Assembly (NCBI GenBank): GCA_963777045.1 | Contig: CAVZPD010000009.1 | Location: 287,396-351,395 of the forward strand | Origin: an uncultured Chloroflexia bacterium | GTDB lineage: Bacteria; Chloroflexota; Limnocylindria; QHBO01 | DNA: 64,000 bases | Reading direction: 5' to 3' | In this document: positions 18,700-30,065 of the stretch, one piece after another | Numbering within the stretch: position 1 is the stretch's first letter | Layout of the letters: each line of letters starts with the position of its first letter | The notes under the pieces: model-generated | Told to the model about the DNA's origin: nothing | Databases searched by the model: none | What the model saw: the letters and a program-made list of their open reading frames with translations, nothing else | Made by a program: the position numbers and the translations under genes

Positions 18700-19980
18700 T
18701 CAGTTCGGCAGCGGCGGCAGCGTCGGCTCCTCGGTCACTGCCGATGCAGTAGGCCGCCCGATGGCCACCACGATCCCGCAGGGGGTCTCGCCGAGGCAGC
18801 TCCCCAGGGCGACGAACCGGTCCGGTAGCGCGACGATCCCCTGGATGTTGAATGGGATCTGCATCGATGTGGGCGTGCCTCCGTAAGGAATGAAGTACGT
18901 GCGCTGGCTTCCATCCGCGTTGGACCAGCCCGACGCTACCGCACCATCGGCGTTGGCAGCGACGATCACCGCGCCTGACTCCGGGGTCTCGTCCAGATCC
19001 AGCTCTTGCCAGCCATAGCCGTCGTTCGAAAGCCACGCCGCCGCGTGCCCGTACCGCTGCCAGTCGGATTCCTGCGACGCCACTCCCACGGCGACGAAGC
19101 CCTGCTCGAAGGCGGTCATGCCCCAGACCAACCCGTAGGTGTCATCGTCGCCCTCGTAGACCCGCTCCCAGTTCAGCCAGCCGGTGGAGGCGTAGATCGC
19201 CGGGTGCGTGCTGCGCCTTCGCTCCGCGCCGCTGCCCAGCACGATCACTTCGCCGCCGTTGGCCACGGCGGGCATCCCGAATGCGACCTGGTCGATGCCG
19301 ACCGGCTCGATCGCCTGCCAGGCCACGCCGTCGGATGAGTACCACCAGCTCTGACCGCGTGACTGAGAGAATCCACTGGCATAGAAAGCCTGAGGAGTGC
19401 CGAACAGTTCATCCAGCATCGAGCCTCCCTCGAGGCCGCTCAGCTCGGTGCTCATCCATGCCCGGCCGTCGTGGGATGCCCATGCGATAGGTTCGAGGAT
19501 CTCACCGCTATCGGGATCGACCCAGAATCCGACGGCCACCAGGCCATCGGGACCGACGGCCGCGGACCGTGGTCGCGCGCGTGCCGCGTCGGACGGCGGT
19601 TCGGGGAGCTCCATGGCCGAGAGGGTCCAGTTCTCGCCGTCGTCATCGGACCACCACGCGGCAGGAAAGTCGAGTGTTGCCCCCACTGCGACGAGGCGCC
19701 CATCGGCCTCGACGAGGGAGGAAACGCCCTCCGGGTCGCCGGGCAACAAGGTGAGCTGCCACTCGATGCCCAAGTATGGGCTGGCGGCGAACGACACCTG
19801 CGGTGCGGGCGTCGGCGTCTCCGAGAGCGTCGGCGATGTGCCTTCTGCAGGCGGCGGCGGGAGCAGCATGCGCGGCACGAGGACAAACGCGAGCGCCACC
19901 ACGCCGAGGCCGCCAATGATCGCTAGCGTCGGTCCCCAGCCGCCACCTGGGCGTGCGCTACCGGTGCGCTTGACCGTCAC
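18700..19980 (-). CDS. Membrane-anchored extracellular protein with Asp-box/BNR-like repeats (probable beta-propeller)
   Basis: Repeats WWSDDDGENW, WASHDGRAW, WYSSDGVAW, WLSNDGYGW after a TM and Pro-rich linker. Confidence 0.8.
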   Translation of the reverse strand: MTVKRTGSARPGGGWGPTLAIIGGLGVVALAFVLVPRMLLPPPPAEGTSPTLSETPTPAPQVSFAASPYLGIEWQLTLLPGDPEGVSSLVEADGRLVAVGATLDFPAAWWSDDDGENWTLSAMELPEPPSDAARARPRSAAVGPDGLVAVGFWVDPDSGEILEPIAWASHDGRAWMSTELSGLEGGSMLDELFGTPQAFYASGFSQSRGQSWWYSSDGVAWQAIEPVGIDQVAFGMPAVANGGEVIVLGSGAERRRSTHPAIYASTGWLNWERVYEGDDDTYGLVWGMTAFEQGFVAVGVASQESDWQRYGHAAAWLSNDGYGWQELDLDETPESGAVIVAANADGAVASGWSNADGSQRTYFIPYGGTPTSMQIPFNIQGIVALPDRFVALGSCLGETPCGIVVAIGRPTASAVTEEPTLPPLPN

Positions 19981-20002
19981 CTACGTCGCCGCCCGCTCGT
20001 GC

Positions 20003-20248
20003 TCAGTTGCCGCCGGGCTCCGGGTTGCCCGGGAACGGCGCACCCTGGGTCGTCTGCCGCCCGTCCATCTGGCGCTGGAGGTCGGGGTTGTTCAGGGCCG
20101 CGCCGTAGGCCAGCCAGAGGGCGGCGAAGACCACGATCGTCAGGATGCCGGTGATGATCACGCCTCGCCACGATGCCGGCCGATAGGAGTTGAGCGGATC
20201 CTCCGGATGGGCCGCACGGGCCGCGTCGTTCCTCCCCATGCCGGGCAC
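20003..20248 (-). CDS. Small single-TM hypothetical protein
   Basis: Hydrophobic core GVIITGILTIVVFAALWLAY. Confidence 0.55.
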   Translation of the reverse strand: MPGMGRNDAARAAHPEDPLNSYRPASWRGVIITGILTIVVFAALWLAYGAALNNPDLQRQMDGRQTTQGAPFPGNPEPGGN

Positions 20249-20295
20249 GGTACGGCCGCCGAGCCGGCTGGGTCAAGATCCGTTCGGGCCGGGCC

Positions 20296-21075
20296 CTAGA
20301 CCTCGTACGTCTTGAGCGGCTGCGCGACCTCGAGTGGTCCCTCGTAGATGGCGCCGGCCTCCTTCATGGCCCACTCCCCGCCATCGGGCAGCGGGATGTG
20401 GGTCAGCACCAGGCGCCTGGCGTTCGAGCGCCGGGCAACCTCAGCGGCCTCCGATGGCAGCAGGTGCCCGCGGCTCTGCGGCTCGGGATCGTCCTCCTTG
20501 AGGTCGCGCAGGGCGGCCTCGCACAGGAAGAAGTCGGCGGTATCGGCCAGGCGGGGGAGCGCGGGGCAAGGCCCGGCATCGGCCGAGTAGGCGAAGATGC
20601 GGTCCGGGTCCTCGCCGTCGCCCCGCGCGCTGACGCGGAAGCCCCAGGTGCGCACGAAGTGCTGCGTCTCATCGGGCTCCATGCGGAGGTTGCCGATCTC
20701 GATGGGGCGCTTCCCGTCGTGCTCCACGAAGATGAAGCTCTTGTCGAAGAAGTTGGCGTAGCCGGCGCCCAGCGCCAGCTCCGCGAGCTGGGCGGTGGAG
20801 CCGGGCGGCACGATCACCAGCAGGCGCTTCTTGGCCACGTCGATCCACGGGTAGGAGTAGCGCAAGGTGATCAGGTCCAGGCAGTGGTCGGTGTGCATGT
20901 GGCTGATGACCACCGCGTCCAGCTCGTCGGGCGTGTTGCGGCGCAGCAGCTGAGCGACGACGCCGGGGCCGACGTCGAGCAGGATCCGGGAGCCGCCGCC
21001 CTCGAGCAGGTAGCCGGCGCATGCCTCGCCGGGGTTCGGTCGGGCCGGGCTGCGGCCAAGCACGGTCAGTTGCAT
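20296..21075 (-). CDS. MBL-fold metallohydrolase (RNase Z/YhfI-like)
   Basis: ISHMHTDHCLD, YSAD, LCEA, GHL, LVLTH. Confidence 0.9.
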   Translation of the reverse strand: MQLTVLGRSPARPNPGEACAGYLLEGGGSRILLDVGPGVVAQLLRRNTPDELDAVVISHMHTDHCLDLITLRYSYPWIDVAKKRLLVIVPPGSTAQLAELALGAGYANFFDKSFIFVEHDGKRPIEIGNLRMEPDETQHFVRTWGFRVSARGDGEDPDRIFAYSADAGPCPALPRLADTADFFLCEAALRDLKEDDPEPQSRGHLLPSEAAEVARRSNARRLVLTHIPLPDGGEWAMKEAGAIYEGPLEVAQPLKTYEV

Positions 21076-21145
21076 GTCCGGCCGATCTTAGGGCGCGCAA
21101 CCCCTTGCCTGTGTCGCAAATTCGACTGCCGCGGTGGTCGGTCGA

Positions 21146-21323
21146 TCGATAGATCATCGCCGATGAAACCCGGACTCCGTTTCGGCGTGGATTTGCACCT
21201 TCTATCGGTGCGTGCCGCGCGGGAGCGCGATCCCGGGGCGCACCCCGGGCTCCAGGTGCACCGATAGATGTGCCAAACGCGAGCCCGAAGCGACATCGGG
21301 GAGTCGTCTGCGCGTTCTATCGG
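21146..21323. repeat. Dispersed four-box palindromic element, copy B
   Basis: CGATAGA 21147, TCTATCGG 21201, CGATAGA 21262, TCTATCGG 21316. Confidence 0.88.
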
Positions 21324-21350
21324 TACAGCGCCGAGCAACCGGCGTGCCCT

Positions 21351-22651
<1,301 letters not shown>

Positions 22652-22655
<4 letters not shown>

Positions 22656-23644
22656 GGCAGCAGGTCCTTCACTGCTTCTCGCTCCCCGAGGAGCTCGTCG
22701 AGCGTCGCCTGGATCTTCGACTGCGCCCATTCGCCGTGCTCGATGCCCTGCCCGATCGAGACTCGTCCGGGGCCCGAGGCCCGTACCGGATAGCCGAACA
22801 CGAGGCCTTCAGGCACGCCGTAAGCGGAGGCGCCGCCCGGCGACGGGATGGCGACGCTGAACTGTTCGCCGGTGGGCTGGGTGATGTTGCGCACCGTATC
22901 GACCACCGCGTTCGCCGCCGACGCGGCCGAAGACTGGCCCCTGGCCTTGATGATCGCTGCCCCGCGCTGCTGCACGGTGGTCAGGAATTCGCCACGGATC
23001 CACTCGTCGTCGTTGATGACCTGGCCGGCCGCTTCACCGCCGATGGTGGCGTGGTAGACGTCGGGAAACTGGGTCGAGGAATGGTTCCCCCAGATGGCCA
23101 GGTTGCGGACCTCCTCGACCAGCGTCCCCGCCTTGTGCGCGAGCTGGCTCCGGCCGCGGTTCTCGTCGAGCATCGTCATGGCGAACCATCGATCCGAAGG
23201 GACGCCGGGCGCGTTGGCCGCCGCGATCAGGCAGTTCGTGTTGCACGGGTTGCCGACCACCAGTACGCGCACGTCGTCGTCGGCGTTGTCGGCGATGGCT
23301 TTGCCCTGCGCCGTGAAGATGCCGCCGTTCACCGTCAGCAGGTCGTTTCGCTCCATCCCGGCCTTGCGCGGGACGGCGCCGACCAGCAGGCACCAGTTCG
23401 CATCGGCGAAGGCTTCGTTCGCGTCTGCGGTCTTGACGATGCTGCGCAGCAGCGGGAACGCGCAGTCCTCCAGCTCCATCGCCACGCCGTCGAGGGCCGG
23501 CAGCGCGGCCTCCAGCTCCAGGAGCTGCAGGTCGACCGTGGTGCGCGGACCGAACATCTGGCCCGAGGCGATGCGGAACAGGAGCGCGTAGCCGATCTGC
23601 CCTGCGGCGCCGGTCACGGCCACCTTCACGTGCGACTCTGACAT
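22652..23644 (-). CDS. mdh: Malate dehydrogenase
   Basis: [44 protein letters not shown]; stop overlaps the gltA ATG. Confidence 0.97.
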
Positions 23645-23806
23645 CGTTCTCCTTGATGCTGACGGGACTCATCGAGTTTAGCGCAGCACCGCGCGGCTTC
23701 CCGCTGGGCGTGGTGGCGCTGCCGCCGCCGGGCGATCAGGGGATGCTGACCCGTGGCCATCGGGGGCGCACAGTGCCAGGTGTCGCCCCGGGACGGGGGC
23801 CATCGG

Positions 23807-24691
23807 TCACCTGCCGCCAGCCGGCCCCTTGCCCTGTCGCTGGCTATCCGGGTCGGCGTGCTTCCGCCCGGGCACCCGGCGCCGATCGAGCACCGCAACG
23901 AGCTCCGCGGCGAGCAGGATCGCTCCAGATGCGATGAGCGCCCAGGTCATGAGGATGGCGATTGTGGCGAGCGGACCGTAGGCGGACCTGAAGTTGCCGA
24001 ATGTGCTCAGGAAGAGGGTGAAGAAGAACTGGGCCATCCTGAGCAGGAACGTGCCCACCAGCGCGCCCACGGCCGCCGTCCGCCATCGCGCGGCGCCGTG
24101 CGGCAGCAGCATGTAGGTCGTGAAGAGGCCGACGAAGACGAGGACCGCCGGCAGGAGCTGGGAGCGCAGGCCCCAGCCGACCAGCGGCGACAGCTTGACG
24201 TCCTTGCTGATCACGGCTGCCGCGATCTCGAGGCCAATGCTCGCGGCGAGGAGGCCACCCACGGCGACGAGCAGGAGCAGACGGCTCAGCTGCCGGCGCA
24301 ACCAGCTCGAGTTGTCGACGTGCGACCAGAAGCTGTTGATGGCCCTCGCGAGCGCGGCGAAGACGCGGGTCCCGCTCACGAGCAGGAAGCCGATGGAGAC
24401 GGCGGCGGCGGGACCGAAGCCCGTCACGGTCGACTCCACCACCGACTGCATCTGCGAGCTGCCCGTGGGCATGAACTCGCTGATCCGCTCCGTGACGAAC
24501 TGCCGTGCGGTCTGCTCCCCCACGATGGCGACACCGATGGAGGTGAACGCGATCAGCAGCGGCGGGATCGAGAGGACCAGGTAGAAGGCAGTGGCGGCCG
24601 ACCAGGTGACGCCGGAGTCCTTGAGGAAGGCAACCACCGTCTTCTTCGCCACCAGGAATGTCCACCAGGCCCGAATCCGAATGCCGTGCAC
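23807..24691 (-). CDS. YihY/BrkB family membrane protein
   Basis: AATAFYLVLSIPP, FAALARAIN..W, YGPLATIAILMTW, GAILLAAEL. Confidence 0.88.
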   Translation of the reverse strand: MHGIRIRAWWTFLVAKKTVVAFLKDSGVTWSAATAFYLVLSIPPLLIAFTSIGVAIVGEQTARQFVTERISEFMPTGSSQMQSVVESTVTGFGPAAAVSIGFLLVSGTRVFAALARAINSFWSHVDNSSWLRRQLSRLLLLVAVGGLLAASIGLEIAAAVISKDVKLSPLVGWGLRSQLLPAVLVFVGLFTTYMLLPHGAARWRTAAVGALVGTFLLRMAQFFFTLFLSTFGNFRSAYGPLATIAILMTWALIASGAILLAAELVAVLDRRRVPGRKHADPDSQRQGKGPAGGR

Positions 24692-24807
24692 GTGGCGCTG
24701 TGCACCGCCAGTTGCGTGCCGGGTCCTGGCCCTCCCGGTACAGGCGACGGCTGGCGCTTCGATGCGCCCCGTGGTAAGACTGTCCCCCGAGCCGGGAGGC
24801 CAACGGC

Positions 24808-26865
24808 ATGCAGGACAGGGACGAGACGCGACCGATGGGGCCGATGGGCCCGCGCGGCACCGCCATCTACGGCGGCTCTCCCTACCCGCCCATCGCCGAG
24901 TACGGCTTCCTCTCCGACTGCGAGTCGGCGGCACTGGTTGCCCCCAGCGGCAGCGTGGAGTGGCTCTGCATGCCGCGCTTCGATTCTCCCAGCGTCTTCG
25001 GCGCGATCCTCGACCGTGATGCCGGATCCTTCCGGTTGGGACCTGCCGACGTCCAGGTCCCGGCGGCGCGACGCTACCTGCCGGGGACCATGGTGCTGGA
25101 AACGAGCTGGAGCACGCCCACCGGCTGGATCATCGTCCGGGACGTGATGCTCATCGGCCCCTGGCGCAACGAGGACGGCCGCTCGAGGTCACAGCGCCGC
25201 GCGCCAACCGACTACGACGCCGAGCACATCCTGCTGCGCCTGGTGCGCTGCGTGAACGGCGAGGTGCAGCTGACCATGGAGTGCGAGCCGCGCTTCGACT
25301 ACGGCCGCAGCTTCGGCACATGGGACTACACGCAACCGGGCTACCACCAGGGCCGATGCGCCTGTCCGGCGATGGGTCCGGAACAAGGCGAGCTGCTGCT
25401 GACGAGCGACATGAACATCGGCTTCGAGGGCCCCAAGGCGATCGCGCGAACCTTGATCAAGGAGGGCGAGACGCTCTACGCCGCGCTGTCGTGGGGGATG
25501 CCCCAGGCGCCCGCCGATCACGAGGAGGCCTACGACCGGCTGGTCTGGACCGCGCACCACTGGCAGCACTGGCTGGCCCGCGGCCACTTCCCCGACCACC
25601 CATGGCGAAGCTACCTCGAGCGCTCTGCGCTCACCCTGAAGGGACTCACCTACGCGCCGACCGGCGCGGTCGTGGCGGCTCCCACCACCTCGTTGCCCGA
25701 GACGCCGGGCGGGGAACGCAACTGGGACTACCGCTACTCGTGGGTGCGCGACTCCACGTTCGCCCTCTGGGCGCTCTACACGCTCGGCTTCGACTGGGAG
25801 GCGACCGACTTCATGTACTTCATCGCCGAGGTGGCGGGAGGCGATGAGGAGCTGCAGATCATGTACGGCATCGGAGGCGAGCGCGACCTGGAGGAGAAGG
25901 TGCTGCCGCACCTGCGCGGCTACGAGGGGGCGAACCCGGTGCGCGTCGGAAACGACGCCTACAAGCAGCGCCAACATGACATGTGGGGCGCAGTGCTCGA
26001 CTCGGTCTACCTGCACACCAAGTCGCGCGACCACCTCGACGAGTTCATCTGGCCCATCCTGAAGCGGCAGGTCGAGGAGGCGCTGAAGCACTGGAAGGAG
26101 CCGGACCGCGGCATCTGGGAGGTGCGAGGCGACCCGAAGCACTTCACCTCCTCGAAGCTGATGTGCTGGGTCGCGGCCGATCGCGGTGCCCGCCTGGCGC
26201 GCATCCGGCAGGAAGACGAGCTGGCCGACGAATGGGCGGCGGCGGCGGAGGAGATCCGCGCCGACATCTGCAACCGCGGCGTCGACGAGCGAGGCGTATT
26301 CACGCAGCACTACGACACCGACGCGCTGGATGCGTCGCTCCTCCTCATCCCGCTGGTCCGCTTCCTGCCGCCTGATGACGAGCGCGTCCGCAAGACGGTG
26401 ATGGCCATCGCCAACGAGCTGTCCGAGGAAGGACTGGTGCTGCGCTACCGGACGGAGCGAACCGACGATGGGCTGCCCGGCAGCGAGGGGACCTTCACCA
26501 TCTGCTCCTTCTGGCTCGTCTCGGCGCTGGTCGAGATCGGCCAGCTCGATCGTGGCCGCAGGCTGTGCGAGCGGCTCCTCTCGTACGCGAGTCCCCTGGG
26601 CCTCTACGGCGAGGAGATCGACCCGGAGACGGGACGCCACCTGGGGAACTTCCCGCAGGCGTTCACCCACCTCGCTCTGATCAACGCCGTGATGCACATC
26701 ATCCACGCCGAGGAGGATGCATCCGGCGCCATCGCCAGCCCCGAGGCTCGACCGAGCCCGCTCGACGCCCGGACCCCCGACGAGCCTGAGCCGGAGGCCT
26801 CGCTCTCGTCGCCGCGCCGTCCCTGGCGCGAGTCGGGCAACGGACACTCGGCGGGTGACGGCTGA
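24808..26865 (+). CDS. Glycoside hydrolase family 15 (trehalase/glucoamylase-like)
   Basis: WLCMPRFDSPS, APTTSLPE..GGERNWDYRYSWVRD, GIWEVR, EGTFTICSFW, LGNFPQAFTH. Confidence 0.95.
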   Translation: MQDRDETRPMGPMGPRGTAIYGGSPYPPIAEYGFLSDCESAALVAPSGSVEWLCMPRFDSPSVFGAILDRDAGSFRLGPADVQVPAARRYLPGTMVLETSWSTPTGWIIVRDVMLIGPWRNEDGRSRSQRRAPTDYDAEHILLRLVRCVNGEVQLTMECEPRFDYGRSFGTWDYTQPGYHQGRCACPAMGPEQGELLLTSDMNIGFEGPKAIARTLIKEGETLYAALSWGMPQAPADHEEAYDRLVWTAHHWQHWLARGHFPDHPWRSYLERSALTLKGLTYAPTGAVVAAPTTSLPETPGGERNWDYRYSWVRDSTFALWALYTLGFDWEATDFMYFIAEVAGGDEELQIMYGIGGERDLEEKVLPHLRGYEGANPVRVGNDAYKQRQHDMWGAVLDSVYLHTKSRDHLDEFIWPILKRQVEEALKHWKEPDRGIWEVRGDPKHFTSSKLMCWVAADRGARLARIRQEDELADEWAAAAEEIRADICNRGVDERGVFTQHYDTDALDASLLLIPLVRFLPPDDERVRKTVMAIANELSEEGLVLRYRTERTDDGLPGSEGTFTICSFWLVSALVEIGQLDRGRRLCERLLSYASPLGLYGEEIDPETGRHLGNFPQAFTHLALINAVMHIIHAEEDASGAIASPEARPSPLDARTPDEPEPEASLSSPRRPWRESGNGHSAGDG

Positions 26866-26901
26866 CGCCAAGTCGAGCGGCGCGAGGTCATCGACTCGAC
26901 G

Positions 26902-26962
26902 ATATCCACCTTGGGGACAACCTGTGGATAAGTCGGCGAGCGGCTGGGAAAGTCGGGGAAAA
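26902..26962. promoter_or_regulatory. DnaA-box cluster
   Basis: Perfect TGTGGATAA at 26923-26931; near-matches ATATCCACC 26902, TGGGGACAA 26912, CGGGGAAAA 26954. Confidence 0.65.
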
Positions 26963-27004
26963 GGGGTATTGCCGGCGTGGCGGCGCGAACCCTATGCTGT
27001 GGTC

Positions 27005-27075
27005 GTCCCGAAGGGGCAGCCAACGGCGCCAGAGATTGCATCAACGGTCCGATGGCGGTTCCTTCGGGACATTTC
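27005..27075 (+). ncRNA. Candidate small hairpin RNA (family not recognised)
   Basis: TTGCCG-18 nt-TATGCT promoter (26969-26998); GTCCCGAAGG/CCTTCGGGAC closes a ~22-bp imperfect stem that starts at the predicted +1; lies between convergent genes. Confidence 0.55.
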
Positions 27076-27103
27076 GCTGCCCCGAAAGATCTGGCTCGTC
27101 GAC

Positions 27104-27832
27104 CTAGTCCCCGGCGAGGTTGCGCTGCAGGCGCCTGACGACCTCCGCCGCCTCGTCCGCCTCGTGGCCCGGCTCGGATGCAGGGCCGGCGAACGTGCCG
27201 AACTGCCGGTCACCGGCATCGCCCAGGCCGGGCACGATGTACCCGCGCTCGTTCAGCGCCCTGTCCACCGCGGCGACGTGGATGTCGACGTCAGGATGCT
27301 GTTCGGAGAGCGTGCCGACGCCCTCCGGCGCCGCGATCAGGCTCACCTGCTTGATGCGTGCCGCGCCCCACGCCTTGAGGATGTCGACGGTGGCGGCCGA
27401 TGAGCCACCGGTCGCCAGCATCGGGTCCAGGATGAGGCAGACCTGGACCGTGGCAGCGTCGGGCAGCTTGTTGTAGTACTCCACCGGCTTCAGCGTCCGC
27501 TCGTCGCGATAGAGGCCGATGTGCCACACCTGCGCGGTGGGAATCAGCTCCAGCATGGCGTCCACCATGCCGAGGCCCGCTCGCAGCACCGGGACCAGCC
27601 CGACGCGAGGATCGACCTCGGCACCGTCCATGCGCTCCAGCGGCGTCTCCACCTGGCGTGGGCGAGTCGCCAGGTCGGCCATCGCCTCGTAGCCGAGCAG
27701 CCAGGTGAGCTCGCGCACCAGCTCGCGGAACTTCTTGGTATCGGTCTCGACATCGCGAAGGATGGAGACCTTGTGCGCGACCAGCGGATGGCGGCTGACG
27801 TGCAGGCTCGGGTAACGCTGGCTGAGGTCCAT
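27104..27832 (-). CDS. upp: Uracil phosphoribosyltransferase
   Basis: HPLVAHK, VPVLRAGLGM, LDPMLATGGS, YIVPGLGDAGDR. Confidence 0.96.
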   Translation of the reverse strand: MDLSQRYPSLHVSRHPLVAHKVSILRDVETDTKKFRELVRELTWLLGYEAMADLATRPRQVETPLERMDGAEVDPRVGLVPVLRAGLGMVDAMLELIPTAQVWHIGLYRDERTLKPVEYYNKLPDAATVQVCLILDPMLATGGSSAATVDILKAWGAARIKQVSLIAAPEGVGTLSEQHPDVDIHVAAVDRALNERGYIVPGLGDAGDRQFGTFAGPASEPGHEADEAAEVVRRLQRNLAGD

Positions 27833-28017
27833 CGGCGCCAATTCTAGGCCCGTCGTGCCTTCGCCGGCTGCACTCGTGCGCGCTGCCATCGGCCAGCGCA
27901 GGGGGACATCGGTCCTGGGACTACCTCCCGCGGGTATTCACTGTTAGGCTATCGGTCCCAGCCAGAACCCCGCACGACCGGCGTGCCCAGGCCGTCGCCG
28001 CGAAGGAGGAGCCACCA

Positions 28018-28662
28018 GTGGTCTTCGGATCCAAGCGAGACAACAAGTCCGACAGCTTGTCGCGCGAAGATGTCGTCGGAAACCTGTATCCGGACAGCCT
28101 TACGAGTGAGGTCGATGTGACCCCTTCCCCAACCGAGTTCCGCCGGAGCGATGCCGGCAACGAGAGCGTGATCGATCCGCATGCCCGATTCAACGGCAAG
28201 TACGTGTCGGATCGAGACCTGCGCATCGAGGGCGAGGCCCAGGGCGAGATCGAGTGCCAGGGCACGCTGATCATCAGTCCCCAGGCGCGCGTGCGCAGCG
28301 CCATCACCGCGCACAACGTGATCATCAACGGCGACTACGAGGGTGACGTCGACTGCGGCGGTCGCTTCGAGATCGGCTCCACGGGGCGGGTCAAGGGCCA
28401 GGTCAAGACCCAGGTGCTGGTGGTGAAGGAGGGCGCCCACTGGGAGGGATCGGTGGTGATGAGCCACGAGCCACCGCGCCAGGCGAGCAGCTCCAGCCAG
28501 GGCGGCAACAGCCAGTCCAAGCCGGCCGCACAGCCCGCGTCGGCCGGCGCCGGCGCCGGAGCGCAGGGCGGCCAGGGCTCCATCTTCAGCAAGCAGGATC
28601 GCGAGGGTGCTCCCGCCGGCGAGCGCCAGGCGACGGGCCCCGGCACCGGCAACGGCCAGTAA
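28018..28662 (+). CDS. Bactofilin (polymer-forming cytoskeletal protein)
   Basis: SVID..FNG..LRIEG..GEI..LII..V.SAI.AHNVIING..EGDV..I..TGRVKG..LVVKEGA.WEG; disordered tails; RBS AAGGAGG. Confidence 0.9.
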   Translation: MVFGSKRDNKSDSLSREDVVGNLYPDSLTSEVDVTPSPTEFRRSDAGNESVIDPHARFNGKYVSDRDLRIEGEAQGEIECQGTLIISPQARVRSAITAHNVIINGDYEGDVDCGGRFEIGSTGRVKGQVKTQVLVVKEGAHWEGSVVMSHEPPRQASSSSQGGNSQSKPAAQPASAGAGAGAQGGQGSIFSKQDREGAPAGERQATGPGTGNGQ

Positions 28663-28682
28663 GGGGTCGGCAGGGGGCGGCC

Positions 28683-29756
28683 GTGTCAAGGCGCCGCCCA
28701 TCCTGGTCGAGCTGACACGCGGCGACCGCGTCGAGTCCCGTCATCGGGGCTCGCTCGCGGTCGTCTCCGTCTCGGGGGATCTGCTCGCATCCATCGGCGA
28801 CCCGGACGCCTTCGTCTACCTGCGCTCCAGCGCGAAGCCGTTCCAGCTCGCCCCGTTCGTGGCCTCCGGCCGCTTCGACGCCTACGACTTCCCGTCGCCG
28901 GTCCAGGCGCTGGCGATCATGGCGGCCTCGCACGCCGGCGAGGACCGGCACGCCCGCACCGTGCAGGCGCTGCTGCGGGCGGGCGGGCTGACGCGCGAGG
29001 TGCTCGCCTGCGGGACGCATGCACCCTACGACCGCGAGACGGCGCAGCGGCTGGTTCGTGATGGGGAGCCTCCCTCGACACTGCGGCACAACTGCTCGGG
29101 GAAGCACGCCGGCATGGCGCTGCATGCCAAAGCCGCGGGATGGCCGATCGAGACGTACTGGCAGCCGGACCATCCCGTCCAGCAGGCCGCCCTGGAGACG
29201 GTCTCGCGCCTCACCGATGTGCCAGCGCAGGAGATCGCCCGGGGGACCGATGGCTGTGGCGTGGTCACCTTCGGCCTTCCGCTGCGCGGCCTGGCTCTGG
29301 CCTACGCGCGACTGGCCGACCCCTCCACGATCCGGGACGAGGCGCTGCGGCACGCCCTCGTTCGCATCCGCGACGCCATGATGACCCACCCCGAGCTGAT
29401 TGCCGGTGAGCGCGGGATGCTCGACACCGCACTGATGCGCGCGGCGCCGCGGACGCCTGGTCTCGAAGGGCGGGGCAGAGGGCGTCCAGGCGGTGGGTTT
29501 GCTTCCGGGGGAGCTGCCCGGCGCGAACGGCGCGAACGGCGCGAACGGGGAGTCGGGTGGGCTCGCGCTCAAGATCGAGGATGGTGACGGTGCGCGCCGC
29601 GCGCGCGGCTCGGCCACGGTCTCCGCCCTGCGGCAGCTTGGGGTACTTGGAGATGACCTGGTGGCAGAGCGCCTCGGCGAGTTTGCCTCGCCCCCGGTGT
29701 TCGACCCGCGGGGCAACCGCTCCGGCAGCGTGACGGCGACCTTCCGCCTGTCCTGA
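28683..29756 (+). CDS. L-asparaginase II (Rhizobium AnsA type), frameshift near 29455
   Basis: RGDRVESRHRG, RSSAKPFQ, ASHAGE, HNCSGKHAG, DGCG, ALKIEDG. Confidence 0.88.
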
Positions 29757-29845
29757 CTGCCGGCAAGCGCTCGGCACGCAACCTGCTGACGTCTGCAGCG
29801 GGCGCGGCCTTCGATACCGCCCGCCCGTACGACAAGGAGGACGAC

Positions 29846-30013
29846 ATGCTCTGGATAATCATCGCGGTGGTGGTGCTGCTCCTGCTCTTCGGGGGCGTGG
29901 GCTACGGCTACCGCGACCGGTGGGGTGGCTACTACGGTGGCGGGACGGGCCTCATCGGGCTGATCTTGATCGTCCTGTTCATCATCTGGGCGGTCAACGG
30001 CTTCGCAATGTAA
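29846..30013 (+). CDS. Small Gly-rich membrane protein (DUF3309-like), 55 aa, absent from the ORF track
   Basis: RBS AAGGAGG; MLWIIIAVVVLLLLFGGVGYGYRDRWGGYYGGGTGLIGLILIVLFIIWAVNGFAM. Confidence 0.8.
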   Translation: MLWIIIAVVVLLLLFGGVGYGYRDRWGGYYGGGTGLIGLILIVLFIIWAVNGFAM

Positions 30014-30065
30014 GCAGGGCCGGGCCGAGTGAGCCCCTGGCTCGGCGCCTCGGGGCGACCCGGCG

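Noticed and set aside
27001-27025. SRP RNA (CCCGAAGGGGCAGC resembles helix 8)
   Set aside because: The conserved CAGG 5' strand and GNRA-closed geometry are missing, and the segment pairs elsewhere in a long hairpin
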